Positions 17,844 through 28,168 of a stretch of 64,000 nucleotides of DNA are shown here, piece by piece (position 1 is the stretch's first letter; each line of letters begins with the position of its first letter). The notes beneath the pieces are model-generated. The model saw only the letters and a program-made list of their open reading frames with translations, searched no databases and had not been told where the DNA came from. The DNA is from Candidatus Latescibacterota bacterium (GTDB taxonomy: Bacteria > Latescibacterota > UBA2968), in NCBI GenBank assembly GCA_965222605.1, contig OZ244960.1:3584001-3648000 (forward strand), given 5' to 3'. A program made the position numbers and the translations under genes.

Positions 17844-19550
17844 CCCGAAAAATTCATAAAAAAGGTAGTTTCCCTATTCAAGTTATTGTATTATATTAGG
17901 TTATACGCATAACCATTGAACAATGAACTTGGGAGAAACTACCGTGAGCACACAAGATAATCATTGCAAGGTTCCTTTGGCAAGCATTTTCGGCAAACGT
18001 CTCAACCTCGCCTTTGATGGGGGTATTCTCACCAGCGATAGCGGAGCCTTATTGCTTCGAGAAGTGGAGGCCAAAACGGGTATTTTATCACGTTTGAGTC
18101 GCGCGATTAAAGACCATCGGCATCAAAGTTATGTGGCGCATAGCACGGCAGAGTTGATCAAACAGCGCGTGTTTCAAATTGCCTGTGGGTATGAAGATGC
18201 CAATGATTGCAATGCCTTACGCAGCGATCCCGGCTTCAAGGTTGCCTGTGATCGCTTGCCCATAAGTGGTGAGAACTTGGCCAGTCAACCCACGATGAGT
18301 CGGTTTGAGAATCAGATGAGCAGAAGCGATTTGTATCGCGTTGCTCGTGCCTTTGTCGATTGTTTTATTGCTTCGTATAAAAAGCCGCCTTCGTCGATCA
18401 TCTTAGATATTGATGATACGCAGGATAGGGTTTATGGGACGCAGCAGTTGTCCTTATTCAATGGGTATTTGGGTGCCTACTCCTACCAGCCTTTGCATAT
18501 TTATGAAGGGCAATCGGGCAAGCTAATCACGACGATTTTACGTCCGGGTGTGCGTCCTGATGGCAAACAGATTGTCACCATTCTCAAGCGGTTAGTCGCT
18601 TATATTCGTCAGGCTTGGCCAAAGGTGGCACTCTTTTTGCGAGGCGATGCCCACTTCTCAAGTCCAGAAGTCCAGGACTTTTGTGCGACAAAGGACCTCT
18701 TTTTTATCCTCGGACAAAGTGCCAATACCCGACTCTTAGCCCTTTCAAAGCCCCTGATGGATCAGACCAAAAGCCTTTATGCACAAACCGGCAAGCCCGT
18801 GCGACTTTTTACCTCATTTTATTACCAAGCCCAGACTTGGGCCTGTGCCAGACGCATCTTATGCAAAGCTGAAATCACCACCCGAGGCCAAAACACACGC
18901 TTTGTCGTGACCAACCTTGAAAGTTCAAGGGCCTCCTTTATCTACCAAAATATCTATTGTGCGCGCGGACAGATGGAAAACTTCATTAAAAATCACAAAA
19001 CCTTTCTCCACTCAGACCGCACGTCCTGTCACGCTTTTGGAGCCAATCAGTTCCGCCTCTTCCTCCATTCGGCTGCCTATGTCTTGTTGCACACCTTAGC
19101 GCACATCGGATTACAAGGCACAACGTGGATAAACGCACAGGTCAATACCCTCCAAAATCGTTTCCTTAAAGTCGCCGGACGCGTCTGTGAGTTGAAAACA
19201 AAGATCACCTTCCATCTGCCTATGTCATTTCCATTGCCACACCTTTTTGATAAAATCCTGTGCAATCTGGCAAAGGCGGTGCCATAACCCATCAACGGGG
19301 AAGGAATAGGGGTCTGTCCCATCACTTGCTGACTTTACAAATACACGGACTTATCCACAGACAGGACTGGCAAGGGACCGGTCTGTACTTTTGACACTGG
19401 CAGAGCCTGTCAGGGGACGATTTGGGCTGCTTGAACTCTATGAAGACGCCTATGACGGCAGACAAGATAGAAAGCACCCTCATTTTGATGCTTGGAACCG
19501 ATGCCGCCTGACAAACAACCCCAACCATTACAGTTCATGAATTAGTCGGG
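17844..19550 (+). mobile_element. IS1380-family insertion sequence (1707 bp)
   Basis: Ends CCCGAAAAATTCATAAA / reverse complement CCCGACTAATTCATGAA (14 of 17 match); TTAG duplicated at 17840-17843 and 19551-19554. Confidence 0.9.
17923..19287 (+). CDS. IS1380-family transposase
   Basis: FDGGILTSDSGALLL, GYEDAND, LASQPTMSRFEN, LDIDDT, LRGDAHF and YCARGQMENFIK. Confidence 0.92.
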   Translation: MNLGETTVSTQDNHCKVPLASIFGKRLNLAFDGGILTSDSGALLLREVEAKTGILSRLSRAIKDHRHQSYVAHSTAELIKQRVFQIACGYEDANDCNALRSDPGFKVACDRLPISGENLASQPTMSRFENQMSRSDLYRVARAFVDCFIASYKKPPSSIILDIDDTQDRVYGTQQLSLFNGYLGAYSYQPLHIYEGQSGKLITTILRPGVRPDGKQIVTILKRLVAYIRQAWPKVALFLRGDAHFSSPEVQDFCATKDLFFILGQSANTRLLALSKPLMDQTKSLYAQTGKPVRLFTSFYYQAQTWACARRILCKAEITTRGQNTRFVVTNLESSRASFIYQNIYCARGQMENFIKNHKTFLHSDRTSCHAFGANQFRLFLHSAAYVLLHTLAHIGLQGTTWINAQVNTLQNRFLKVAGRVCELKTKITFHLPMSFPLPHLFDKILCNLAKAVP

Positions 19551-19782
19551 TTAGAGGTTAAGTTGGTTTCTTTTTTTATTTTCTTCGAGGCGGACTGTTA
19601 AAATATAGTCCAGAACCTGAAAAAAACACTCCGGCAAATATTGTCGGAGTGCTTCTTCATTTTTCTTTTCACACTATTCAGCTTTCCAGCACCTTGTCGC
19701 CTCAGGGGATTTTCTTTAGGTCTAATGCCGTTTAGCATCCGGCGTTGCTTCAAGCCGACAAACGACAAGAATATCCCTGTGT

Positions 19783-20321
19783 TCATATAACAATGCTTTT
19801 GGAAGTCGTTGTATATGACTCCCATATCACCCGATTTTTCTTAATACCTGATTGCGACCAGTGCTGGCCTATGGATTGGATAAAGTCTGGTCGCACCAAT
19901 TTGGCTCTTTGCATCAGCCAATTGTCCTGATCAAGTCTAAGATAAAGACCCTCTGCCAACCCATCGCCCAGTTTTGAAAACGATAGTAGTTCTTCTATAG
20001 ATGAAAATGTGAAGTAGCCATGTTCAAGGAATGGGACTTTACTTATTCCCATCTCCCGAAAAAATGCATCGCGTTTATCTCTTGGCAGGAAGTGACCAAC
20101 TTGTTTGTCATAGATGTCAAAACCAAGAAACCAATCTGGTAATCGGTCATAAAAGACCGAATGCTGAGCATAGCACCATTCACCAAATAGGATATAGTGG
20201 TCTGTCAAATGGTCAAAAAGAATGTCCTCTTTTGGGGATAGCCATTCTAATAATTTTTTCCATTGTCCCAAACCTGGAAGGGATAAGTACGCCCCCCGAT
20301 TTTGAGCGCGGATATTTCCAT
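19783..20321 (-). pseudogene. ATP-dependent RNA ligase family, N-terminally truncated
   Basis: GNIRAQNRG, ILFGEWCYAQHS, FLGFDIYD, AEGLYLR and RAKLVRPDF motifs; motif I (KxDG) is missing. Confidence 0.78.
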
Positions 20322-20569
20322 AGATGTGTCAAGAGCCACTTGAGAAAGGCGTCGCCTACCCCGGGTTGGCCGGACGAGTTTAATTGCCCCTCATACTCTC
20401 TCATAATGGCCCACTGATTATCCACCACTACGCAGCATCTATCCCTAATGCCTTCAATTACCTGGATACAGGTATCTATACAATCTTCGTCTGCATGAAT
20501 TGCCTTGCGGTTCGCCACAAGGGCGACATTAGTATCTATAACAACATTCTTCTTAGGTAAGTTATTCAT
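20213..20569 (-). pseudogene. PIN-like domain protein, C-terminally truncated and fused out of frame to the ligase remnant
   Basis: VVIDTNVALVAN...VVVD...EY...QPGVGDAFLKWLL, then out-of-frame ligase sequence from about 20316; start overlaps the ATPase stop. Confidence 0.7.
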
Positions 20570-22070
20570 TTGTCTCCCCATAGCCCTGAGTGTTTTGTTG
20601 CCTCCGCTTTTTTGTCGCCGCCTTGGCTTGCTCGAGAATGTCTCCCATCTCATCGCCAAAAAAGTTCTCCGGCCAGTTCTGTATATTGCCAAACTCGTCT
20701 ATTTTTAAATGCTCCAGCTTAGCTGGGGGAGCATTGATATTGGCGAAGTAGGCTGATACATTATCTTCAGACAAGCGGCCCTCGGCTATTCGTCTTTGCA
20801 ATCGCCGGAGGAAATGTTCAGAGTGGGTTTCAATGATCAACTGAATATTTCTTTTTTTGTAATCTGTTCTGAGAGATCTTTTAACTTGGGTACCGAACCT
20901 CTCTTCGTACGTTTTTTCAAAAATCAATCTGGAATTGATGACATCAATCATCACATCGGCTAAAGCCGCTTGTGCATAGGGATGAAGGTGAATTTCCGGT
21001 TGGTCTATCAGGATGATAGATCCTTCAGGTGCATAGAAACACTGCACGAGCACCGGTAGCACTTGCGAGATACCGAACCCAACATCTGGAAGTTCCACCC
21101 AGGTCTTTGATCCCTTAGTACGTATCTGGACGCCATAAACTTGCTTGGTAATTTGTTGTACCCTGAATTGCTCAATTAGGCCCATCTTTTGGAGTTCATA
21201 AGCAATGACCTCCTCAAATGACCTTTTCTGAATTTTTTCTATGGGAGGGAGCACAATTTCACGGTCTCGAGCCGCCACAATTGCCGCGATAGTATCTTCG
21301 CCTTGGTATCCCACACTTTCTGGATCGGTATAGTAATACGACGAACGCTCCGATTTGGCACGAAGTGGGCCAAGATAAAAAAGATCTCTAAACAGTTCTT
21401 CATGCTGATAATGGACCCCTGTGACAAAATCATAGATGTTTGCATAGGCGGTAAAAACCTCAGGAGGGAAACCGTAAAAATGGACAGGAGTACCCAAATT
21501 CACATCCTCTTGCTTCTGCTTTTCTAACTTGAAGTTAGAAGATTCAATCTCATACTTTGAGGATGTATGGGGCTTTCGCTTCATCCCAAGGGAACACTGG
21601 ATTTCCCCATCCTTGAACAAAGTGTATTTAAAACCCCGGGTGACTGGAAGATAAGAAGTCTCAGGTGTAGACTTCAGATCAGTAGTGTATTGAGTCTCTT
21701 CATGGGGAACAATTTCTGCTTGAAAGGCCAAATCATTATAGGAAGACATTTTATGGAGACGATCATAAGATGTAGCACGCGAACTATTTCGTGACCACTG
21801 ATACTTAAAATTAATGTTAATTCCTTTTGGTTTTCGCCCAAAGACCATTTCTTCGTACGAGCCCAGTTGAACTGCCGAATTTCTCTCACCTGAATAAAAT
21901 ACCGCTGTTTGGGCAGGTGATTCAATCGTCTGTTTGAGCATCATCAGGAACTGGCCTATACTGGACTTACCGGAACTGTTGGCACCAAAGAAAAGAGTAA
22001 TAGGGGCAAGGTCAATTTCGCCAGTATCCTCCCAAACCTTGAAGTTTTGGATTCGCAATTTCTTTAGCAT
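20562..22070 (-). CDS. ABC-type/AAA ATPase with DUF3696-like C-terminus (defence-island type)
   Basis: LRIQNFK, Walker A GANSSGKS, YLGPLR, VGFGISQVLP, IDQPEIHLHP, IIETHSEH and C-terminal IDEFGNIQNWPENFFG. Confidence 0.88.
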   Translation of the reverse strand: MLKKLRIQNFKVWEDTGEIDLAPITLFFGANSSGKSSIGQFLMMLKQTIESPAQTAVFYSGERNSAVQLGSYEEMVFGRKPKGININFKYQWSRNSSRATSYDRLHKMSSYNDLAFQAEIVPHEETQYTTDLKSTPETSYLPVTRGFKYTLFKDGEIQCSLGMKRKPHTSSKYEIESSNFKLEKQKQEDVNLGTPVHFYGFPPEVFTAYANIYDFVTGVHYQHEELFRDLFYLGPLRAKSERSSYYYTDPESVGYQGEDTIAAIVAARDREIVLPPIEKIQKRSFEEVIAYELQKMGLIEQFRVQQITKQVYGVQIRTKGSKTWVELPDVGFGISQVLPVLVQCFYAPEGSIILIDQPEIHLHPYAQAALADVMIDVINSRLIFEKTYEERFGTQVKRSLRTDYKKRNIQLIIETHSEHFLRRLQRRIAEGRLSEDNVSAYFANINAPPAKLEHLKIDEFGNIQNWPENFFGDEMGDILEQAKAATKKRRQQNTQGYGETNE

Positions 22071-22239
22071 ATTTTTTCCTTCATTCTGTTTATCGCTTGT
22101 AAGTCATTTATCTTCAACCCTTTTTGTCTAAAGATACATAATATCCAAATACAAATAGGATTTGGAAAAAAGTAGCATCCAACCCCTTAAAAAGCAAGCA
22201 GAATTAGAAATAGAATCCAACTAAGGGGTGAGACAGTTT

Positions 22240-22977
22240 CTAAATAGGTCGTCGCGTGAGGCTAAAGGTTTGAGCGGTGGGTCCCCCGTCGGGTTGAGTG
22301 GCTAAAAAGAGCGCGAGTGGGACGACATCTTCGGGTGCTTTGACGACTTCGCTGGGCGCGAAGGGCGGTGGACCGCCTACTCTCATGCGATCGCCGGTAA
22401 GACGTGTGGCTACCGGGCCGGGGATGAGCTCGTTGACTGTGATGTTATGTTCCCAGACTTCTTCTGATAGGCACTGGGTGAACATCCACATGCCGGCTTT
22501 GCCAACGTGATACGCAGAACTGCTCGCTGTGGGACGGTGGCCCATACCCGATCCCACGTTGATGACTCTGCCACCGCCAGATTCAATCATGAGGGGTAGC
22601 AGGGCGCGCGAGACGAGGTAGGCGCTGATGCAGTTTACCGTGACGTCTTCGATCCAGACATCGGGGTCGCTGTCGAGGATGCTGTTGCGCTCTATGCCGC
22701 CACCCGCGTTGTTGACGAGGATGTCCAGGCGGCCAAATTCTCCGCGGACTTTTTCTTTTAGTGCATCTACGCTCTGGCGATTGGTGACATCGGTGGATAC
22801 GGATAGGACATTGCGACCGAGGGCGCGAATTTCTTCGGCAACGGCATTGAGTTGTTCGCTGGTGCGAGAGGCGAGTATGAGGTCGGCTCCTTCTGTGGCA
22901 AAGGCAATGGCAATGGCGCGGCCAATACCCCGCCCACTGCCGGTGACGAGCGCGATTTTTCCGGTGAGTTGTGGCAT
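22240..22977 (-). CDS. SDR family oxidoreductase
   Basis: VTGSGRGIG, VNNAG and YHVGK. Confidence 0.9.
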   Translation of the reverse strand: MPQLTGKIALVTGSGRGIGRAIAIAFATEGADLILASRTSEQLNAVAEEIRALGRNVLSVSTDVTNRQSVDALKEKVRGEFGRLDILVNNAGGGIERNSILDSDPDVWIEDVTVNCISAYLVSRALLPLMIESGGGRVINVGSGMGHRPTASSSAYHVGKAGMWMFTQCLSEEVWEHNITVNELIPGPVATRLTGDRMRVGGPPPFAPSEVVKAPEDVVPLALFLATQPDGGPTAQTFSLTRRPI

Positions 22978-22998
22978 GCGGTCTCCTTAGAAGCTGTT

Positions 22999-24123
22999 TT
23001 ACCAATCAACGACTGATCCGTCATCGGGGTGAAGAGATCTTTGATTGTTCCAGTCGTGGCCAATTTTGTCTTCCATTTTGTCGTCGTCGAGTTCAATGCC
23101 AAGGCCGGGACCTTTGGGCAATTCGACGTAGCCGTCTTTGAATTGGAACGGTTCTTTGAGATAGTCTTCGCCAAACATGGTGTGTTCTTGCGCGAGGAAG
23201 TTGGGTATGCTGGCGTCGAGTTGGATGCAGGCGGCTAATGAAATGGGGCCGAGCGGACAGTGCGGCGCAACGGCTGCGTAATAGGATTCGGCCATGCCTG
23301 CGATTAGACGGGTTTCGAAGATGCCGCCAGCGTGTGACAGGTCGGGTTGTATGATGGAACAGGCGCGTTTTTCGAGGAGGTCGCGGAAGCCCCATTTGGT
23401 GAAGATGCGTTCTCCTGTTGCGATGGGCAAGTGGGTTTTGCGCGCGAGTTCTGCCATGCCTTCCACGTCTTGACACTGGATGGGTTCTTCGACAAACATC
23501 GGCTGGTAGGGTTCGAGTGCTTTGATGAGTATGGCAGCGGTTTGTGGTGATATGGCACCGTGAAAGTCGATGGCGATGTCAAAGTCCGGCCCGCCCGCTT
23601 CGCGCATGGCGGCAAATGTTTCGACGGCGTGATCGATAAAGGCCGGGTTTTCGACGATGCGCGCCGGACGAATTTTGGCCGGGCCGGTCTTTATGGCGAT
23701 AAATCCCTGTTCTTTGCGCTCTTTTACCGCGGCAGCAGCCTGTTCGGGTGTGCCGCCTCCCCCCGTGCCTTTGTACATTTTGATGCGGTCGCGCAAGGGA
23801 CCGCCGAGCATTTCATAGACGGGCATGTTTGCGGCTTTCCCTGCGAGATCCCAAAGTGCTTGTTCGACACCGGATAGGGCGCTGGTGAGAATGGGGCCGC
23901 CGCGATAGAATGCATGGCGATACATGGCCTGCCAGTGATGTACCACGCGACGGGGATCTTTGCCGATGAGATAGGGCGCGAGTTCGGCTACGGCTTGAGC
24001 GCAGGTGAGGGCGCGTCCTTCCAGGATGGGTTCGCCAAGGCCAACGAGGCCCTCGTCTGTGTGCATTTTGAGAAAGAGCCAGCGCGGTTTGACGAGAAAG
24101 GTTTCGAGTTTGGTGATTTTCAT
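22999..24123 (-). CDS. dgoD: Galactonate dehydratase (enolase superfamily)
   Basis: MKITKLETF..KPRWLFLK, FYRGGPIL.SALSG.EQALWD, IDFHG, FVEEP, ATGER and APHCPLGP; GAAGGAG RBS. Confidence 0.85.
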   Translation of the reverse strand: MKITKLETFLVKPRWLFLKMHTDEGLVGLGEPILEGRALTCAQAVAELAPYLIGKDPRRVVHHWQAMYRHAFYRGGPILTSALSGVEQALWDLAGKAANMPVYEMLGGPLRDRIKMYKGTGGGGTPEQAAAAVKERKEQGFIAIKTGPAKIRPARIVENPAFIDHAVETFAAMREAGGPDFDIAIDFHGAISPQTAAILIKALEPYQPMFVEEPIQCQDVEGMAELARKTHLPIATGERIFTKWGFRDLLEKRACSIIQPDLSHAGGIFETRLIAGMAESYYAAVAPHCPLGPISLAACIQLDASIPNFLAQEHTMFGEDYLKEPFQFKDGYVELPKGPGLGIELDDDKMEDKIGHDWNNQRSLHPDDGSVVDW

Positions 24124-24142
24124 GTTAACTCCTTCAGGGTAA

Positions 24143-24967
24143 TCAATCACACAAATATGCGATGAGAGTTTCTTGTTCTCGGTATTCTGGGATGATGATA
24201 TCTGCACCGACTTCGATGAGGCGGTTCCGCTTCCAGGCATTGATGCCTTCGCGTTTGACTTCGTCTGATGCGACACCAATAGCGGTACCTCCCACGGCTT
24301 TTACGTTTTCGATTTCAACGTATCCATCTCCAAAACCCAGCAGTTCGGAACCGTCTATGGCATGGGTTTCGAGCATGTTCTGAATGACCATGGCTTTGGA
24401 AAAATTTTCGTGCTGATCCAGCGCACCAAAGACGCGGTCTTCAAAGTAGGCTGTAAGGCCCAGTAATTCGACTTCGCGGCGGACAAAGACGAGATCGGTG
24501 CCGCTGGCTAAATAAAGCATCAGGCCGCGTTCGGTCAGGTTGTCGAGCAGGGCGCGGGTATGGGGTAGCATGAGATCGTTGGGAGCAATATCGCCCGTTT
24601 CGAGGCCGCGAATGCGATGGGCTATGTGGGCGTTGAGCAGGTCGTGAAAGCGCTGTTTGTAGGTGAGCGGATCGTCTGGTGTGCCACCGCGTTTTTGGAT
24701 TTCTCGGCATAGTTGAATCATCTGGTAGATGGTTTGCTTGCCGGTGAGGCGGTCGATAAATTCGGTGACCAGAGCGCGATGTTCCGCTTCGGTTTCACCG
24801 GTGTTGAGTTCGGAGAGCACTTCGACCATCAAGGGAATCATGATTTCGCGCCAGCCCTGGCGAATGAGCGATAATGTGCCGTCAAAATCAAAAAGCACTG
24901 AGCGATAATGCCCCCGGGGGATATATGTTGCAATGATTTCAATGTTGCCGATGTGTGCGTGACCCAT
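24143..24967 (-). CDS. HAD-family hydrolase
   Basis: LFDFDGTLS, LASGT and GFGDGYVE. Confidence 0.85.
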   Translation of the reverse strand: MGHAHIGNIEIIATYIPRGHYRSVLFDFDGTLSLIRQGWREIMIPLMVEVLSELNTGETEAEHRALVTEFIDRLTGKQTIYQMIQLCREIQKRGGTPDDPLTYKQRFHDLLNAHIAHRIRGLETGDIAPNDLMLPHTRALLDNLTERGLMLYLASGTDLVFVRREVELLGLTAYFEDRVFGALDQHENFSKAMVIQNMLETHAIDGSELLGFGDGYVEIENVKAVGGTAIGVASDEVKREGINAWKRNRLIEVGADIIIPEYREQETLIAYLCD

Positions 24968-25132
24968 AAATTTATTTTCCTGTTGGATGGTGGTCAATAA
25001 AGGGATTCGCGCTTCAAAAATCAAGTGCGTAATGAGTGGTGATTACTGACCAAATGTGTTTGAAAATTTTGGAATCTCCGTTATATTGTAACACTGGCCC
25101 AAACTGGATTTTTAACAAAAAAGGCGCGATGA

Positions 25133-25798
25133 ATGCATAGCGATAGCACGCGAAGTCATGTGGCATCGGTCAAGACGCAAAATGGAAATTTTCGGCTTGA
25201 CGCGGTGACGGTTGACGAGCAGGTGCATCATGTGCTTTCTATAAATGGGCGGGCGATTGCGAGTAGCAGTTCCGATTTGGAGATCGCACTTGCCGATCTC
25301 GCGCTGGCTGGCATTTCTCCAAATCAGAGATATGCCGATGTGTTGATCGGTGGGCTCGGACTGGGTGTGACGCTGAGGCAGGTGCTGAAGCACAGGGCTG
25401 TACAGTCCGTTTGTGTGGTGGAAATTGAGCCGCAAATTGTGGAATGGAATCGCACCCATTTGACTAATGCCGATTTGCTGAATGACGCACGGGTCGAGAT
25501 TATTGTGGGCGATTTTTGTTCTTATGTGCAGGGTACACCGCGCAATTATCACGGTATTGCAATGCATATTGATGTTGGGCCAGATCAGGTGGCGCGAGTG
25601 GAGAATCGCCAGGCTTACAGTTTGTCGATGTTGCGCGTGTTGCAAATGCGACTTCGGGCGGGCGGGGCACTTGCGATTTGTGCGGGTGGGGCATCTTATG
25701 AACGGGCACTGCAGCGCGTTTTTGATGCGGTTTTTATGCAGTCCGATCCTGCAGATCAATGCAGATCGCGTACAATTTATCAGGTAATAGCGCAGTAG
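25133..25798 (+). CDS. Spermidine-synthase-like SAM-binding protein
   Basis: VLIGGLGLGVTL, VVEIEP.IVEWNR and DVGPD. Confidence 0.75.
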   Translation: MHSDSTRSHVASVKTQNGNFRLDAVTVDEQVHHVLSINGRAIASSSSDLEIALADLALAGISPNQRYADVLIGGLGLGVTLRQVLKHRAVQSVCVVEIEPQIVEWNRTHLTNADLLNDARVEIIVGDFCSYVQGTPRNYHGIAMHIDVGPDQVARVENRQAYSLSMLRVLQMRLRAGGALAICAGGASYERALQRVFDAVFMQSDPADQCRSRTIYQVIAQ

Positions 25799-25846
25799 TA
25801 GAACTATTCTCCTCCAAATGGGTGGATTATGAGAAAGGGGCTTGTG

Positions 25847-27154
25847 ATGAGCAAGAATTCACTTACAGTTATTGATAATCGAAATGGAAATACGTATGAT
25901 TTACCTATTACTTATGGCACGTATTCTGAGGACGGCGCTCATGTGCGCTCAGAAGATTTGAGGCAGATTAAGAGTTCGGATAATGATTTTGGTCTGTTGG
26001 GATACGACCCGGCGTATATCAATACGGCATCTTGTAGCAGTTCGGTTACGTATATCGATGGTGCGAAGGGGATCTTGCGCTATCGCGGATATCCCATTGA
26101 GCAGTTGGTGGCGGAGTCTTCTTATCTCGAAGTGGCCTATTTGCTGGTTTATGGCGAGTTGCCCAGCGGCGATCAGTTGGCCGGGTTTTCCGAGCAAGTA
26201 AATTCTCAAACGGTTATTTCAGACGATATTTTGTCTTTTATCGATGGTTTTCCCAAAGGGTCTCATACGATGGGGATGCTGGTGAGCGCGCTGGGCGGGA
26301 TGTCGGTATTTTACGACGATGAGCGAGATTTTGGAACCGAAGAGGCACAACTTCGTCATATTTGTCGTCTGATCGGCAATGTTGCGGCAATAGGTGCTGC
26401 GGTGCATCGCCGCAGTGCGGGCCTGCCTTATGTGCCGGCAAATCCCGAGTTGGGGTTTTATGGCAATTTTTTGAATATGTTGTTTGGTGCCAGGGGTGAG
26501 ACCTATCAGGCTGATCCGGTGCTCGAGCGCGCGCTGGAAGTGTTGCTCATTTTGCACGCCGACCACGGTCAGAATTTATCTACCAGCATTATGCGGGGCG
26601 TTGCCAGTGGGGGTGCAGATCCGTATTCGTCTATGGCCGGTGCAGCAGCGGCGCTTTACGGTCCGGCACACGGGGGCGCGAATGAAGCCGTGCTCAATAT
26701 GCTCAATGAGATCGGCTCGGTGGATAAGGTGCCGGCTTATATCGAGCGGGTAGAAAACAAAGAAGTGGTGTTGCAGGGGTTTGGGCATCGGGTTTACAAG
26801 AATTACGATCCCAGGGCGGCGATTGTCAAAGAGACCGCATATAGTGTGTTTGAAGTGACGGGTAAAAATCCCCTGATTGATATTGCGCTGGAATTGGAAC
26901 GAATTGCCCTTCAGGATGAATATTTTATTTCGCGGCAATTGTATCCCAATGTGGATTTTTATTCGGGTATTATCTATCGGGCTATTGGATTGCCCACGCG
27001 GATGATGACGGTGTTATTTGCGGTGGGACGGTCGTGTGGCTGGCTGGCGCAGTGGAAAGAGATGTTGTGGGATAGCGAACAGAAAATCGCCCGTCCGCGT
27101 CAGATTTATACCGGCGCAGATAAACGCGATTACGTGACGATGGGTCAGCGGTAA
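25847..27154 (+). CDS. gltA: Citrate synthase
   Basis: GILRYRGYPIEQL, ILHADHGQN, GPAHGGANEA, GFGHRVYKNYDPRA, LYPNVDFYSG and RPRQIY. Confidence 0.95.
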   Translation: MSKNSLTVIDNRNGNTYDLPITYGTYSEDGAHVRSEDLRQIKSSDNDFGLLGYDPAYINTASCSSSVTYIDGAKGILRYRGYPIEQLVAESSYLEVAYLLVYGELPSGDQLAGFSEQVNSQTVISDDILSFIDGFPKGSHTMGMLVSALGGMSVFYDDERDFGTEEAQLRHICRLIGNVAAIGAAVHRRSAGLPYVPANPELGFYGNFLNMLFGARGETYQADPVLERALEVLLILHADHGQNLSTSIMRGVASGGADPYSSMAGAAAALYGPAHGGANEAVLNMLNEIGSVDKVPAYIERVENKEVVLQGFGHRVYKNYDPRAAIVKETAYSVFEVTGKNPLIDIALELERIALQDEYFISRQLYPNVDFYSGIIYRAIGLPTRMMTVLFAVGRSCGWLAQWKEMLWDSEQKIARPRQIYTGADKRDYVTMGQR

Positions 27155-27186
27155 TTTCTCGTTGTAACAAGAATTGGAGGCAGGCG

Positions 27187-28146
27187 ATGGCTTTTATTCA
27201 TATTCCCAAAGGCTGGCAGTTGCCCGAAGGCGAGGTTACGCCCGAACACATTTACCTGAATCGTCGGCGCTTTATGCAGGCTATGGGTATTGCGGGCGCG
27301 AGCGCGGTGATTGGCGCAGGCTGCGCGACAGCAGAAGATGAATTTGAGGTGGAAGTTCCCCTATCGCTGCCGGGTTTGTATCCGGCAAAGCGCAATGAAA
27401 ATTATACGGTGGAGCGGGAATTGACGCGGGAGAAGGTTGCCGCGCGGTACAATAATTTTTATGAATTTACCACGAATAAGGGCAAGGTCCACGAATTGAC
27501 GGATAAGTTTGAGGTGCGTCCCTGGGAGGTCGAGATTACTGGCTCTGTGGAGAAACCCGGGGTTTATGACGTGGATGATTTGCTCAAGCGGTTCGCGCTG
27601 GAAGAGCGCGTGTATCGGTTTCGGTGCGTGGAAGCATGGGCGATGACGGTGCCGTGGACGGGGTTTCCGATGAAGGCGTTGATTGACTATGTGCAGCCCA
27701 AGTCGTCGGCAAAATACGTGCGGATGGTGACGTTCAATCGTCCGGATCAGGCGCCGGGGATCAAGACGCAATCCTGGTATCCGTGGCCTTATTTTGAGGG
27801 CTTGACAATGGAAGAAGCGACGAATGAACTGACGATGCTCGCGACGGGTATTTACGGTCACGCATTGCCCAAACAGCACGGTGCGCCCATTCGGTTGATT
27901 ACGCCGTGGAAATACGGGTTTAAGAGTATTAAGTCCATTGTGAAGATCGAGTTTACCAAACAGCAACCCAAGACGTTCTGGAACGAACTGGCACCTGCTG
28001 AGTACGATTTTTGGGCAAATGTAAATCCCAATGTGCCACACCCGCGCTGGTCTCAGGCAACGGAGGGGTTGATCGGGACGATGGGTCGCGTGCCCACCCG
28101 AATGTACAATGGGTATGGCGATTACGTGGCGAATATGTACGGTTAG
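27187..28146 (+). CDS. msrP: Protein-methionine-sulfoxide reductase catalytic subunit (Mo cofactor, Tat-exported)
   Basis: TPEHIYLNRRRFM Tat motif, YNNFYEF, YRFRCVEAW, WPYFEGL, QHGAPIRL.TPWKYGFKSIKSI and HPRWSQATE. Confidence 0.93.
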   Translation: MAFIHIPKGWQLPEGEVTPEHIYLNRRRFMQAMGIAGASAVIGAGCATAEDEFEVEVPLSLPGLYPAKRNENYTVERELTREKVAARYNNFYEFTTNKGKVHELTDKFEVRPWEVEITGSVEKPGVYDVDDLLKRFALEERVYRFRCVEAWAMTVPWTGFPMKALIDYVQPKSSAKYVRMVTFNRPDQAPGIKTQSWYPWPYFEGLTMEEATNELTMLATGIYGHALPKQHGAPIRLITPWKYGFKSIKSIVKIEFTKQQPKTFWNELAPAEYDFWANVNPNVPHPRWSQATEGLIGTMGRVPTRMYNGYGDYVANMYG

Positions 28147-28168
28147 TGAAATGCAAGGTAAATTCTTT

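Noticed and set aside
19598-19825. Small ORF downstream of the RNA ligase remnant
   Set aside because: No motif or clear RBS; cannot be supported as a gene.
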